A model generated the notes under the pieces. It worked only from the letters and a program-made list of their open reading frames with translations. It made no database searches and was not told the DNA's origin. DNA of 64,000 bases from Candidatus Obscuribacteraceae bacterium (GTDB lineage Bacteria; Cyanobacteriota; Vampirovibrionia; Obscuribacterales; Obscuribacteraceae), in the NCBI GenBank assembly GCA_044229845.1, contig JBGASG010000009.1, positions 1-64,000 of the forward strand, given 5' to 3'. Below, in pieces: positions 19,579 through 29,136 of the stretch; the first letter of the stretch is position 1; the number at the start of each line of letters is the position of its first letter. Both the position numbers and the translations under genes were made by a program.

Positions 19579-21024
19579 ATGAAAAATTTTGCAAAGACGA
19601 TTCTGGCGATTGCCGTCACGATCGCCATCGCTGACCCGGTGGATGCACGCGGCTTTGGCGGCGGCTTCGGTGGTGGCGGGCACTTCGGTGGCTTCGGCGG
19701 TGGCGGTGGGCACTTCGGCGGTTTCGGCGGCGGCGGCGAACACTTCGGCGGTTTCGGCGGCGGCGGCGAACACTTTGGCGGTTTCGGCGGCGGCGGCGAA
19801 CACTTCGGCGGCTTCGGTGGCGGCGGTGACCACTTTGGTGGCTTCGGCGGTGGCGGTGATCACTTCGGCGGCGGTGGGTTTGGACACGACCGTCCCGGTG
19901 TGGATAGCGGGTTCGGCGACCATGGCGGCATGGGATATCGTCCCAATGGCGGATTGGGTCCGTCTTCAGCCGGTCACTTCCCGACCGACGGCGGCTTCGG
20001 ACACATGTCCGGATTTCAAAATCGGTCACCGCGCAACATCAGTAACACCGACCTGTCGCATCAGGGTGACAGCATTCGCAACTCGTTCAACAACGACCAC
20101 GTCAACGTCAATAACTTCAATCATTACGGCAATAACTATGCGCACGCCGGCGGCTACGGCGGTTATGGCAACGGCTTCGCGCACGGCTGGCACGACTCCA
20201 ACTACTATCACGGTTATGGCGGCTACGGCTGGCACGGCTACGGCTGGGGTGGCTGGGGCTATCCCGGCGGCTTCTGGGGCTGGCCCGGCGGCTGGTGGTG
20301 CCCGGGTTGGTCCGAAGGTGCTGCCTGGACCTTCCTTGGTGTTAGTGAACTGACCAACTTTTTGGGTCTCAGCATGATCGCCGGCAGTGGTGGCGGTGGT
20401 GGTGGCAAGTCTCAACCGCAGAATGTCACCTACAACAACGACACCGTCTATATCAACGGGCAACCGGCCGGCACCTCTCAGCAGTACTACCAGCAAGCAC
20501 AGCAACTGGCTGCCGAAGGTATACAGGCTCAACCCAGCACAAACATCCAACAGTATGCCACCACCTCCTATAACGGCATGCCGCAACAAGCCAACTATGA
20601 ATCACAGCCGGATCAAAGCGGACAGTGGCAGGCTCTGGGTGTGTTTGCGCTGGCGGAACCCGGGCAGACCCAGTCCAACATGCTGCTGCAGCTGGCAATC
20701 GACAAGCAGGGCACGATTCACGGCAACTACATCAACCAGCTCACCAACGAGAAGTCGCAGATTTACGGGGCGCTGGACAAGAATACGCAGCGAGTCTCCT
20801 GGACCATTGGTCAGAACAACAGCACCGTATTTGATACCAGCCTCGGCAGTCTGACCAAGAAGGATAGTCAGGTGCTGGTGCACTACGGGCCGGACAGCAC
20901 ATCGACAATGGCGCTGATCCGTCTTAAAGAGCCTGAGGGCATGAGCACCGGTGGCAGTTCTGGTGGCGCGACTCCCAATCCGGGCGGCACGCCTCCGGTA
21001 GCACCGAATTTTGCTCCGGGTTGA
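19579..21024 (+). CDS. Secreted Gly-rich surface protein with conserved C-terminal domain ('mu-protocadherin-like' type)
   Basis: Signal peptide, GGFGGGGxHF repeats, YYQQAQQLA, WQALGVFAL..LQLAIDKQG..TQRVSWTIG..VLVHYG. Confidence 0.85.
   Translation: MKNFAKTILAIAVTIAIADPVDARGFGGGFGGGGHFGGFGGGGGHFGGFGGGGEHFGGFGGGGEHFGGFGGGGEHFGGFGGGGDHFGGFGGGGDHFGGGGFGHDRPGVDSGFGDHGGMGYRPNGGLGPSSAGHFPTDGGFGHMSGFQNRSPRNISNTDLSHQGDSIRNSFNNDHVNVNNFNHYGNNYAHAGGYGGYGNGFAHGWHDSNYYHGYGGYGWHGYGWGGWGYPGGFWGWPGGWWCPGWSEGAAWTFLGVSELTNFLGLSMIAGSGGGGGGKSQPQNVTYNNDTVYINGQPAGTSQQYYQQAQQLAAEGIQAQPSTNIQQYATTSYNGMPQQANYESQPDQSGQWQALGVFALAEPGQTQSNMLLQLAIDKQGTIHGNYINQLTNEKSQIYGALDKNTQRVSWTIGQNNSTVFDTSLGSLTKKDSQVLVHYGPDSTSTMALIRLKEPEGMSTGGSSGGATPNPGGTPPVAPNFAPG
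19681..19866 (+). repeat. 30-bp coding tandem repeat (HFGGFGGGGx, six full units plus a partial)
   Basis: cac codons at 19681, 19711, 19741, 19771, 19801, 19831 and 19861. Confidence 0.95.
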
Positions 21025-21030
21025 TATCGG

Positions 21031-22032
21031 TTAGCCGAAATACTCGACGCCTGATTTGAGCACTGCGCGCAGCTTTTCGTTCAGTTCAGCGATGGACACG
21101 AACGGCTTGCCGGCATCTATGCGCTTTTTCTGGTCTTGGCTCAAACCAACTGCCTGAAGTAGAAACTCTTCTTGTGCCGGTGGAATGTCGGCGCGCGTCT
21201 CGGACGGGCGAACGGTATTGTAGAAGGCCAGCAGAAAACGATCTTTGCCGTTGAATCTGAAACCCTCGATGTACTGTTTCAAGCCTGCACCGTGACGTTT
21301 CTCGTCAAAACCGATGGACGGGTCGTGAATGGCATAGCCGTGGGCTGACAGAGGATGGCGGCGCGTTGCCACTTCCCAGAGCATCAGCCCGAAAGCCAGT
21401 TGATCGTTGGGACGAAACTCAGGGTAATAGCTGGGCGTTGTGACGGCGACGTTGTATGAGTTGCCCTGGGTGGTGCGCACGGCACCGAAAAATCCCGGGT
21501 CGAGAATGGTCACTTTGTCCCCGTCAACCATGATGTTTTCCGGTTTGATGTCACCGTGGTACTGGAAGAGCGGGTCGTCCAGCAGCGCTTCCAGCGTTTC
21601 TCCAATGGCGATCATGGTGCTGGTTTTTACTTTGCCCTTTTCCATCAGGCGCCGCAGGTTGATGCCGGGTACGAACTCCATCATGTAATAGGTGATGCCC
21701 GGCACGGCCAGCGAATTCAAAATGCGCGGCAGACCTCTGGTCTTCACGTCGCGCATGCGGCGCAGTTGCAAAGCCAGAAGTTCATTCGCGTCCGGCTGTA
21801 CTTCACCCATCGAACCGGTGTGTTCTGCCCAGGCTTGCGTTGGAAAAGCGAAAGTAGCGCAGATACCTGTACTGACATCCGCCTCCGGCTTGGCTGCCTT
21901 CAAGGCTCTTCGTTCATGGTCTGCGTTCGTGCAGGAGTAGACCCACGAATAAAGTCCCTGTCCTAGCTGTCCGTCGACGGTGAATCCATCGACGGTTGCG
22001 CCTTCCCACGTGACTTGCTGCTGGCTGACCAT
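21031..22032 (-). CDS. Atypical soluble Ser/Thr kinase-like protein
   Basis: GQGLYSWV, ALK, HGDIKPEN, ILDPG, TTPSYYP. Confidence 0.85.
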   Translation of the reverse strand: MVSQQQVTWEGATVDGFTVDGQLGQGLYSWVYSCTNADHERRALKAAKPEADVSTGICATFAFPTQAWAEHTGSMGEVQPDANELLALQLRRMRDVKTRGLPRILNSLAVPGITYYMMEFVPGINLRRLMEKGKVKTSTMIAIGETLEALLDDPLFQYHGDIKPENIMVDGDKVTILDPGFFGAVRTTQGNSYNVAVTTPSYYPEFRPNDQLAFGLMLWEVATRRHPLSAHGYAIHDPSIGFDEKRHGAGLKQYIEGFRFNGKDRFLLAFYNTVRPSETRADIPPAQEEFLLQAVGLSQDQKKRIDAGKPFVSIAELNEKLRAVLKSGVEYFG

Positions 22033-22085
22033 GGACTGTCTCCTCTCCGGCTGAGGGAGAAGATCTTAGCAGTCGCCGGCTGGTT

Positions 22086-22625
22086 TTAGTGGGCGCTCAT
22101 TGAGGAGAGCAAGTTGGCGAGGTCGTCGGCATGCTCTTCTTCTTTGGACAGGATGTCTTCCATCAATCGACGCGTCGTCGGATCTTTGTCGCCGATGTAC
22201 TGGACGATCTCGCGGTACGAGTCGATGGCGATGCGTTCTGCCACCAGATCTTCTTTGATCATGTCGGTCAGGTCGTTGCCCTCTGCATATTGCGAATGGC
22301 TGCGACCGGTGATGCCTTCCGGATTGAAATTGGGCTCGCCGCCCAGTTGTACGATGCGTTTAGCGATGGCGTCGGCATGCGTCTGTTCTTCGTTGGCATG
22401 TTCGAGAAACTCCTGGGCGACCGGCTCGGAATTGATGCCGCGCGCCATGAAGTAGTGCCGCTTGTAGCGCAAGACGCAGACGATTTCAGTTGCCAGTGCT
22501 TCATTGAGAATCTTGATAATCGTGTCGCGATCGGCGTTGTAGCCTTCGGTCAGGGCGCCGTCTTCGATGTGTTTGCGGGCGCGCTGGCGAATGGTCTCTA
22601 TGTCAGTTATAAAACTAGTACTCAT
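22086..22625 (-). CDS. Ferritin-like / bacterioferritin-family protein
   Basis: LNEALATE..EEQTHAD..RIVQLGG..DLVAER..EEEHADD. Confidence 0.9.
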   Translation of the reverse strand: MSTSFITDIETIRQRARKHIEDGALTEGYNADRDTIIKILNEALATEIVCVLRYKRHYFMARGINSEPVAQEFLEHANEEQTHADAIAKRIVQLGGEPNFNPEGITGRSHSQYAEGNDLTDMIKEDLVAERIAIDSYREIVQYIGDKDPTTRRLMEDILSKEEEHADDLANLLSSMSAH

Positions 22626-22763
22626 TGGGTTTTCCTCTTCAACCTCTTCAGTGACGTCCGGTGAAGGGCATTGGTGTCCACAATTTCCAGGAATTTTGAA
22701 ATTACGCTGGTTTCGGACTTGCTGAGCATAGGAGCTGTCGACGACCGGTGATATACTGTGCCG

Positions 22764-23330
22764 ATGACTGAGGCGGCAAAAGCAGATTCCCGACAGATCA
22801 ATAAGACGCTGGTGCGCCTGACTCGCGGCGATATCACGCGCGAAACAGTGGACGCGATCGTTAACGCCGCCAATTCCTCGCTCATGGGTGGTGGTGGCGT
22901 AGATGGTGCCATTCACCGGGCCGGCGGTCCACAGATTCTCGAAGAATGTCGAGCGATTCGCAATCGACAGGGCGGCTGCAAGCCGGGGGAAGCTGTGATC
23001 ACGACGGCCGGAAACCTCAGCGCCGCGCATGTGGTGCACACGGTCGGACCGGTCTGGCGCGGCGGTGACTCGAATGAAGCTGATACTCTAGCCGGCGCTT
23101 ACCGCAACAGTTTAGAAGTGGCTGCCCAGGCTGGTGACAGGACAATCGCATTTCCCTCGATCAGCACCGGCGCGTACGGTTATCCTCTGGACCGTGCTGC
23201 CTCTGTGGCGGTGCGGTGCGTGGCAGATTACTGCCTGGCGCACGACAGCTTCAGGGAGATTCGCTTTGTTCTGTTCGACCAGGCGGCTTACTCGGCGTTT
23301 CAAAAGGCGCTCTCGGAAGTTTCGCTCTAA
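22764..23330 (+). CDS. ymdB: Macro-domain O-acetyl-ADP-ribose deacetylase
   Basis: GDIT..DAIVNAAN..GGGGVDGAIHRAGG..HTVGP..AFPSISTGAYGYP. Confidence 0.9.
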   Translation: MTEAAKADSRQINKTLVRLTRGDITRETVDAIVNAANSSLMGGGGVDGAIHRAGGPQILEECRAIRNRQGGCKPGEAVITTAGNLSAAHVVHTVGPVWRGGDSNEADTLAGAYRNSLEVAAQAGDRTIAFPSISTGAYGYPLDRAASVAVRCVADYCLAHDSFREIRFVLFDQAAYSAFQKALSEVSL

Positions 23331-23331
23331 A

Positions 23332-24222
23332 TCAGCTGTCGCCTGGAACTTCACCTTTTAGAAAGGGTATAAACGCTGCGTTCACTGCCGCTGCTGCTTC
23401 GCATTGCACCCAGTGGCTGACCTCTGGAATGCGCTTGATACGCAGGTCTGGTGCAAACTCTTCCAGTCCGGTCAGATTTGATATGTGCAACGCCGGATCC
23501 TGCTCTCCCCAGATGATCATGGTTGGTGCATTTACGCGAGCCTGGCGCGCCGGTTTCATTCCACCTTTAGAGAGCATGCCGCAGCGATACCAGTTGAGGG
23601 CGGCCGTCAAGGCACCGGGTTGCGCGATTGCCTGCACGTATTTATCGATGTCTTCTCTGCTGAAAGCCTCTTTGCGGGCGGTCTTATCTGAGAACATACT
23701 GCGAATCGCTGCGTAGTTATTGGCTGCCAGAGCCAGCTCTGGTATGGCGGGCAGACAGAAGAATGCCACGTACCAGCTCATAAACAACTGAGGAGGGCGC
23801 CTGGCGTTGTGGCGATATGCCTCCATGTGCGGTGCGTTCATGATCACCAGTCGATCGAGCAGCTCTGGATGGCGACCGGCGAACGCCCAGCTAAGGATGC
23901 CGCCCCAATCATGTCCGACGATGTGGGCGCGCGTGTGTCCGGTCGAGCGGACGATGCATGCCACATCTTCAATAAGATGTTTGAGATGATACGACTCTCT
24001 CCCGGCCGGTTTGTCTGAGAGGTTGTAGCCGCGTAAGTCCGGTGCCACCACTGAAAAACCGGCATCGACAAGAGCGGGAATTTGGTGCCGCCACGAGTAC
24101 CAGAACTCGGGAAAGCCATGCAGCAGCACTACCGGCGGACGATCAGTCGCGCCCGCCTTTGCGGCGTGCAGTCTCACCCCGCCGCAATCGATGTATTCGA
24201 AGTTCATTGCATCGGAATTCAT
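23332..24222 (-). CDS. Alpha/beta hydrolase, epoxide hydrolase type
   Basis: LLHGFPE, PDLRGY, GHDWGG, WGEQD, SHWVQ. Confidence 0.92.
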   Translation of the reverse strand: MNSDAMNFEYIDCGGVRLHAAKAGATDRPPVVLLHGFPEFWYSWRHQIPALVDAGFSVVAPDLRGYNLSDKPAGRESYHLKHLIEDVACIVRSTGHTRAHIVGHDWGGILSWAFAGRHPELLDRLVIMNAPHMEAYRHNARRPPQLFMSWYVAFFCLPAIPELALAANNYAAIRSMFSDKTARKEAFSREDIDKYVQAIAQPGALTAALNWYRCGMLSKGGMKPARQARVNAPTMIIWGEQDPALHISNLTGLEEFAPDLRIKRIPEVSHWVQCEAAAAVNAAFIPFLKGEVPGDS

Positions 24223-24278
24223 GCGCAATATGATACCGGGCGCAGCCGCTCGGTGCGCATCGAAAGTTGCCGAATAGC

Positions 24279-24953
24279 TCAATCGCGGCGGTTTGCGGGC
24301 GACTGCAAAGGTTTAGGGGTCAAGGCGGTTTCTTCAGGCAAATCAGAGCGCTGATTGCCGGCATCGCCGAGCACTTGCTGTTTTAGGTTGAAGAAGAACG
24401 GGTGAAAGCCGAAGCTCCTCATTTCTTCATATGACTTTTGTGGCTCCCAGCCCTGATGTCTGATGCGGTAGAGGGCGCAGATGGCGCCGGTGCGATCCTG
24501 TCCCTGGGCGCAATGAATGAAAACCGGCTGGTTCTGCGGTTTGGAGATGATCTCGTCGATCTGATTCCAGACGGCATCGGGGACACGCTGAAAATGACTG
24601 ACCGGAATGTTGAAATACTGCATGCCCAGGCGCTTGGTTTCGCTAGCTTCCAGTCGGTCGCCATCGTCGGCGCCGCGCAAGTTAATCACTGTTTTGACGC
24701 CATTTTCACGCAGCCAGGAGAAGCCCTGCCGGCTCGGTTGACCGCCGCGCAGCAATTTGGGAGAAACGACCGAAAGCCGCGGAATCAACGACTTGCCCGT
24801 CGTGAAGCCTGTTTCGCTCAAGACGGCATCGACGACATTGGTGGTCGCCGACGTCGCTTCTCCAGCGGTAGGCAGCGCCAGCGCGCTGAAAGGGAGACCG
24901 GCGGCGGCAAACAAACTGATCAGCACTGGCAGGGAAATTTTCTTGAACGGCAT
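24279..24953 (-). CDS. Exported dual-specificity/tyrosine phosphatase family protein
   Basis: RGGQP, VINLR, HCAQGQDRTG P-loop; signal peptide. Confidence 0.9.
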   Translation of the reverse strand: MPFKKISLPVLISLFAAAGLPFSALALPTAGEATSATTNVVDAVLSETGFTTGKSLIPRLSVVSPKLLRGGQPSRQGFSWLRENGVKTVINLRGADDGDRLEASETKRLGMQYFNIPVSHFQRVPDAVWNQIDEIISKPQNQPVFIHCAQGQDRTGAICALYRIRHQGWEPQKSYEEMRSFGFHPFFFNLKQQVLGDAGNQRSDLPEETALTPKPLQSPANRRD

Positions 24954-25114
24954 CGAGTCGCTCTCCAACTGGAACTTGGAAGGGTTAACAAGGTACATCC
25001 TACAAACTGGCTTGACAAGTTTGCTCGTATTGTAAATTCCGCGGTTGCACAGCGCGGCAGATGATGTTAAATACTGCTGTGCTGCAAGCGTGCAAGTCCG
25101 CCCAGATCGGTGCC

Positions 25115-26704
25115 ATGCGAGGAATCCCACAACTTAGTTTGAGCGTTGCTCTGGTCGTGGCTCTTGCCGGTGAGGCCGTTCTGCCGGTCTATTGCCAGCC
25201 CGCCCCGGCTGCGCAGACTGACCTGGGAGCACCGCATCGAGTCCACACCTTCGTTGACGTTTCCGAAGCCAGTCCCCAGGTTGTCGCCGACATCCGGGAA
25301 CTGGGTAAACCTGAACACACTAATGCTCAGCTGTGGATAGCTGCCTGGGCGTGGTCGAATGACTTCATCGTGATTCCGCCCGGCGATCGCCTTCTGGATG
25401 AGATTCAGTCGGCGATGAAAAGCAATCCGAACTTGAAGGTTTACGTTTTACTCTGGGAGATTCCTAGTCTCGCGAACCTGGTACTCGATTTAGGCTGGGC
25501 ACCATTCAAAGACAGCGATGCCATGGAAGCCTTGCCCGAGGAGGCGCGCAAGCGCCTTTTCATCTCCAGAGAATCGCTCTTCTCCACGCATCCACTCAGT
25601 TCGGCACATCAAAAGTTCATGTTATTGCAGTATGGCGATCAGTCATGCGGCTACTGTTTCGATTACAACTTCCGCAACTTTCATTGGGACTGCTGCAATC
25701 ACGATCTGGCGAAACATGAGGAGCAGGGCTTTAAGGCGCCCTCCTGCCACGACACAGCGATTCGCTTTCAGGGCAGCGCATTGCAGTCGTTCAAGGAAGA
25801 GTTTCTTTACCGGTGGTCGAAGTCCGACCATCCTAAAGACCCGCCGGAGGCAGCCTTTACGACGCGGATCGGGTCGACGCCTCTGCCCTTTTTGAAGGCT
25901 CGCTTTCAGGAGCCCGGCACCACCGGTGGTGAGATCAAAGATTGGTATCGGTACGCCATCCAGAACGCGCGCGACTACATTTATCTGGAGAATCAATATT
26001 TCGATGATCCGGATATTGCTGACGATTTGATTGCGGCATATTTCCGGGGACTGAGTTATCCCAAACCGAACATCGTCTGCAATCTATGCTCGGTTGCCAT
26101 GCTCGAGCCCCGCAGTCAGGTAAGCGGCACCATGCGCGAGGTGATGCGTATTCGCTTGAGCACCGCTGAAAAGATCGAATTTAAAAACGGTGTGGTGATT
26201 CTGCGCAAGCAGCCGTGGCGCAAGGTGAGAGTAAATAAGCTCGCCACGCAGGCTTCCATCAGCGGGAGGGGCTTTAACGGCATCATCAAGTTCAGCGACA
26301 TCAAGCGACTGCACGGCGGCGTTCGCTTCTATTCGATGGCCACTTCGGAGGTTGCTCCTCGAAAGGGATTTTCGCTGGTTTATGTGCACTCCAAGGTCGG
26401 ATTGATTGACAATCAACTGACGATTGGTTCGGCCAATTTGAACAAACGCTCGTTCGGCGAAGACTACGAAGCGAACGTTATGGTGACTGATACATCTAGA
26501 ACTGATGCGGTCGCATCGTTCAGGAAGCGGTTGCTGGAAGTAATGGTGGCACCGGATGCCAGAGGCGAGACTGTCTTCCAGAAGCTGGACGCTACAGCCG
26601 ACTTGAACATCAAGCTGCAGCTTTTAAAAGATCCGTCCGCCAATCCGGTCGGCATGGTCATTGAATATCCATACGAAAAAGTTCGGAAGGTCGATCCCGA
26701 TTGA
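25115..26704 (+). CDS. Phospholipase D superfamily protein, exported
   Basis: AHQKF, HDTA, YIYLENQYF, YVHSKVGLID..IGSANLN. Confidence 0.88.
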   Translation: MRGIPQLSLSVALVVALAGEAVLPVYCQPAPAAQTDLGAPHRVHTFVDVSEASPQVVADIRELGKPEHTNAQLWIAAWAWSNDFIVIPPGDRLLDEIQSAMKSNPNLKVYVLLWEIPSLANLVLDLGWAPFKDSDAMEALPEEARKRLFISRESLFSTHPLSSAHQKFMLLQYGDQSCGYCFDYNFRNFHWDCCNHDLAKHEEQGFKAPSCHDTAIRFQGSALQSFKEEFLYRWSKSDHPKDPPEAAFTTRIGSTPLPFLKARFQEPGTTGGEIKDWYRYAIQNARDYIYLENQYFDDPDIADDLIAAYFRGLSYPKPNIVCNLCSVAMLEPRSQVSGTMREVMRIRLSTAEKIEFKNGVVILRKQPWRKVRVNKLATQASISGRGFNGIIKFSDIKRLHGGVRFYSMATSEVAPRKGFSLVYVHSKVGLIDNQLTIGSANLNKRSFGEDYEANVMVTDTSRTDAVASFRKRLLEVMVAPDARGETVFQKLDATADLNIKLQLLKDPSANPVGMVIEYPYEKVRKVDPD

Positions 26705-26780
26705 TCACGAAATCGTCACCGGCTGGGGTGTTGCCGGTTTTGATTGAGTCGGTCTACACTGGATTCAGAAAGGACCGAGC

Positions 26781-27650
26781 TTGCAAACGTCCATGGATAG
26801 TACAGAATCGACTCAGTCGACCTCAAAAGTGAAGTCACAACGTGCTCAGCTCGCTTCGCTGGGAGGGCGGCTGATTCGCAATGGCTGGCGGCTTTCGCTG
26901 AAGGCGCTCGATACTCGATTTGCCCTGCCGGGGCAGCAACTGCTGTCTGGAAAAAAACGCGCCCAGATCAAGCAGATCTTGAGACCGGGCGACCTGCTGC
27001 TCGAGACAAACAACCAGTATCCGGGCTGGCAATTTGCGTCCCGGCTTATGGTGGGCGGCGACTGGGTGCACTCAGCCATGTATGTCGGCAACGGCTTCGT
27101 GGTGGACATCGGCACCAAGCCTGTGGTCGCCATGATTGAGCTGGACGAGTTTCTCAAAACCACCGATGTGGCAATCTATCGTCCGCAGTACAAAACTCCG
27201 GAAGACGTGAAAGCCGCGACCGCATTTGTTGCAGACTGCCTGGGCATGCCGTTCAACACGACTTTCGACCACCGCGATCAGAAGTCATTCTATTGCACGC
27301 AGCTGATTGCACGAGCCCTGCTCGCCATGCCCAATCCGATTACTCTCGCCCTCGGGCGCCTGATGTGGAAACCGATGGTGCCGGCGTCCGCCATCGAAAG
27401 CAGCCCGGACATGGATTGTCTTTTCTCCACCCGACCGCATCTATTGAAAGCTGTAATCGCCCATTGGGACCTCTGGCTGGGCGGCGCCAGCGGGGTCTAC
27501 CTGGTTCATCTGTCTCACCTGCACCACCAACATTCGGCGTCGGCAGAAGTATTGCTCGCCACTTTCGGCGTCGGCATCGGATTTGCTTTCGGCCGGTTGC
27601 TGACCGACAGCGAATGTACCGGGGTGTTCTGGTCTAAAAGACGTGCTTGA
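26781..27650 (+). CDS. Permuted papain-like (YiiX/YebB NlpC/P60) enzyme with C-terminal hydrophobic segments
   Basis: RPGDLLL..WVHSAMYVG..FYCTQLI. Confidence 0.85.
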   Translation: MQTSMDSTESTQSTSKVKSQRAQLASLGGRLIRNGWRLSLKALDTRFALPGQQLLSGKKRAQIKQILRPGDLLLETNNQYPGWQFASRLMVGGDWVHSAMYVGNGFVVDIGTKPVVAMIELDEFLKTTDVAIYRPQYKTPEDVKAATAFVADCLGMPFNTTFDHRDQKSFYCTQLIARALLAMPNPITLALGRLMWKPMVPASAIESSPDMDCLFSTRPHLLKAVIAHWDLWLGGASGVYLVHLSHLHHQHSASAEVLLATFGVGIGFAFGRLLTDSECTGVFWSKRRA

Positions 27651-28032
27651 GTGCTGAGAAGAAACGTGCGATCAGACCGCGCTTTTTGCTGCGTGGAGTT
27701 TGTGCGATATAGCGCTTTCTCCTGGCGGCGGCGACGGTGCGTTGGCGATGTTTCGATGCCGTTGCCACGAGTGGTTTTTTCGCCGCTTGTCGTGTTGATA
27801 TAGCAACTTTAGCGGGCGCAGTTCTGGCGGCTGTCACCGCTCGTGGTGCAATAGTCTTTTTCTGCTGCTGCCCACGTGCGCGCATGCCGTCGACAACCTT
27901 TTGACTCACGTGCTGATTGTTGTTTATGTAGTCCCACAGCTTTTCATCATAAGCGGAGGCTGACGGAATGGATGTGATTCCTGTAAACAGGACCATAAAA
28001 GCCGGTATGTGTTGCCGCAACTGCATGTACAT
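27634..28032 (-). CDS. Small basic exported hypothetical protein
   Basis: Signal-like N-terminus ending ASA; K/R-rich body. Confidence 0.55.
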   Translation of the reverse strand: MYMQLRQHIPAFMVLFTGITSIPSASAYDEKLWDYINNNQHVSQKVVDGMRARGQQQKKTIAPRAVTAARTAPAKVAISTRQAAKKPLVATASKHRQRTVAAARRKRYIAQTPRSKKRGLIARFFSALKHVF

Positions 28033-28122
28033 GAGTCTCGCATCGAGTTCATAGCAGAAGACGGCAACCAGCGGTGCAAGTTGCATACGAACTGTAGAGT
28101 CACACGAAAGCTCAGCCGTCTG

Positions 28123-29019
28123 CTACTTAACGGGAGGGTTGGCGTTGACGGTCATGCTTTGCACCGCGTATGTTTGTTTACCGCCCCCGCTCATCAGTGG
28201 CACATCGGTGAGCCAGAGGAGTCCGGCTCCCAGCATGATGCCTTCATCTTTGCACCACAACTGTTTTTCGGGAGTGGCGGCAATCAACTTAGTGACGGCG
28301 GGAGTGAATATCGATTTGAAATTCGATTGCAACTCTTGCGCTGTTTTGTAACTGCGCGTCACTGTCTTTCCTTTGTCCGGATTCCAGCGAACTGAAACAG
28401 GATATTTGAACAGTTTGGCGGCCGCGGCGGCGTCGTTTTTGGAGACGGCTACGCGAAGCTGTTCGTAGTATGCTGCGAACAGATCCGCCTTATCCACACC
28501 GGCAACCGAATATCGCGTGGCGCGTATCTCTTTGGCTCGCGCAACGATTGCCGTCGCCTCTTTGGTTTTGCCGGCGGCCTTGTACACTTCGCTCAGTCCG
28601 TCGGCCGCGTCTATCAATTCAGGGAAGTTGCCGCGATACAAGTCGTTGTTGGTGTCATAGCTTTCTTTGAAGTACTTCTCGGCTTCTCTGTACTTTTTTT
28701 GTTTCAAATAAACATTGCCGAGTGCCGTCAATGACTGCAGTTTGGGTTCGCCATCCGACATGGCATCCGTAATCTGGATGCACTCTAGAAGTTTCTTCTC
28801 GGCATCTGCAAAGTTGCCGGCGCTCAGGTCTTGTTGAGACTGGGGATAGATCAAGTCGAAGCGCTTGCGGCGTTCGGCCATCAGCTTATCGATATTGGAA
28901 TCCACTTGTGCCTGCGTTTGAGCCGCGGGTTTTGCAGCGGGTTTTGGATTTGTCTTGGCAGGCAACGCGAAGCCGACAGCAAGCATTGCGCTAAGTGCGA
29001 TGGTGGTGTGCTTTTTCAT
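28123..29019 (-). CDS. Exported TPR-repeat protein
   Basis: Signal peptide; LGNVYLKQKKYREAEKYF TPR. Confidence 0.85.
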   Translation of the reverse strand: MKKHTTIALSAMLAVGFALPAKTNPKPAAKPAAQTQAQVDSNIDKLMAERRKRFDLIYPQSQQDLSAGNFADAEKKLLECIQITDAMSDGEPKLQSLTALGNVYLKQKKYREAEKYFKESYDTNNDLYRGNFPELIDAADGLSEVYKAAGKTKEATAIVARAKEIRATRYSVAGVDKADLFAAYYEQLRVAVSKNDAAAAAKLFKYPVSVRWNPDKGKTVTRSYKTAQELQSNFKSIFTPAVTKLIAATPEKQLWCKDEGIMLGAGLLWLTDVPLMSGGGKQTYAVQSMTVNANPPVK

Positions 29020-29136
29020 ACGCGCATGATAACACGACGCCACAGACTGAATTGCAGTCCGTGGCGCAATGCGGTTTGTCAGGAGATTTGGCGGTGAGCC
29101 CGTGTGGGGACGGGCCCACCTAAATCAGGAGTGCAA

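Noticed and set aside
19681..19866. Regular 30-bp repeats as a CRISPR or non-coding array
   Set aside because: Contiguous in-frame Gly-rich coding repeats without spacers
24963..24981. CTCCAA-N7-TTGGAA as a third zinc-ribbon-type operator
   Set aside because: Wrong spacing, one mismatch, no CGTGRTA, and it overlaps an RBS
25012..25038. TTTGCTCGTATT shared with the devB promoter (51407-51418)
   Set aside because: A single 12-mer lacking the other palindrome half; compatible with chance
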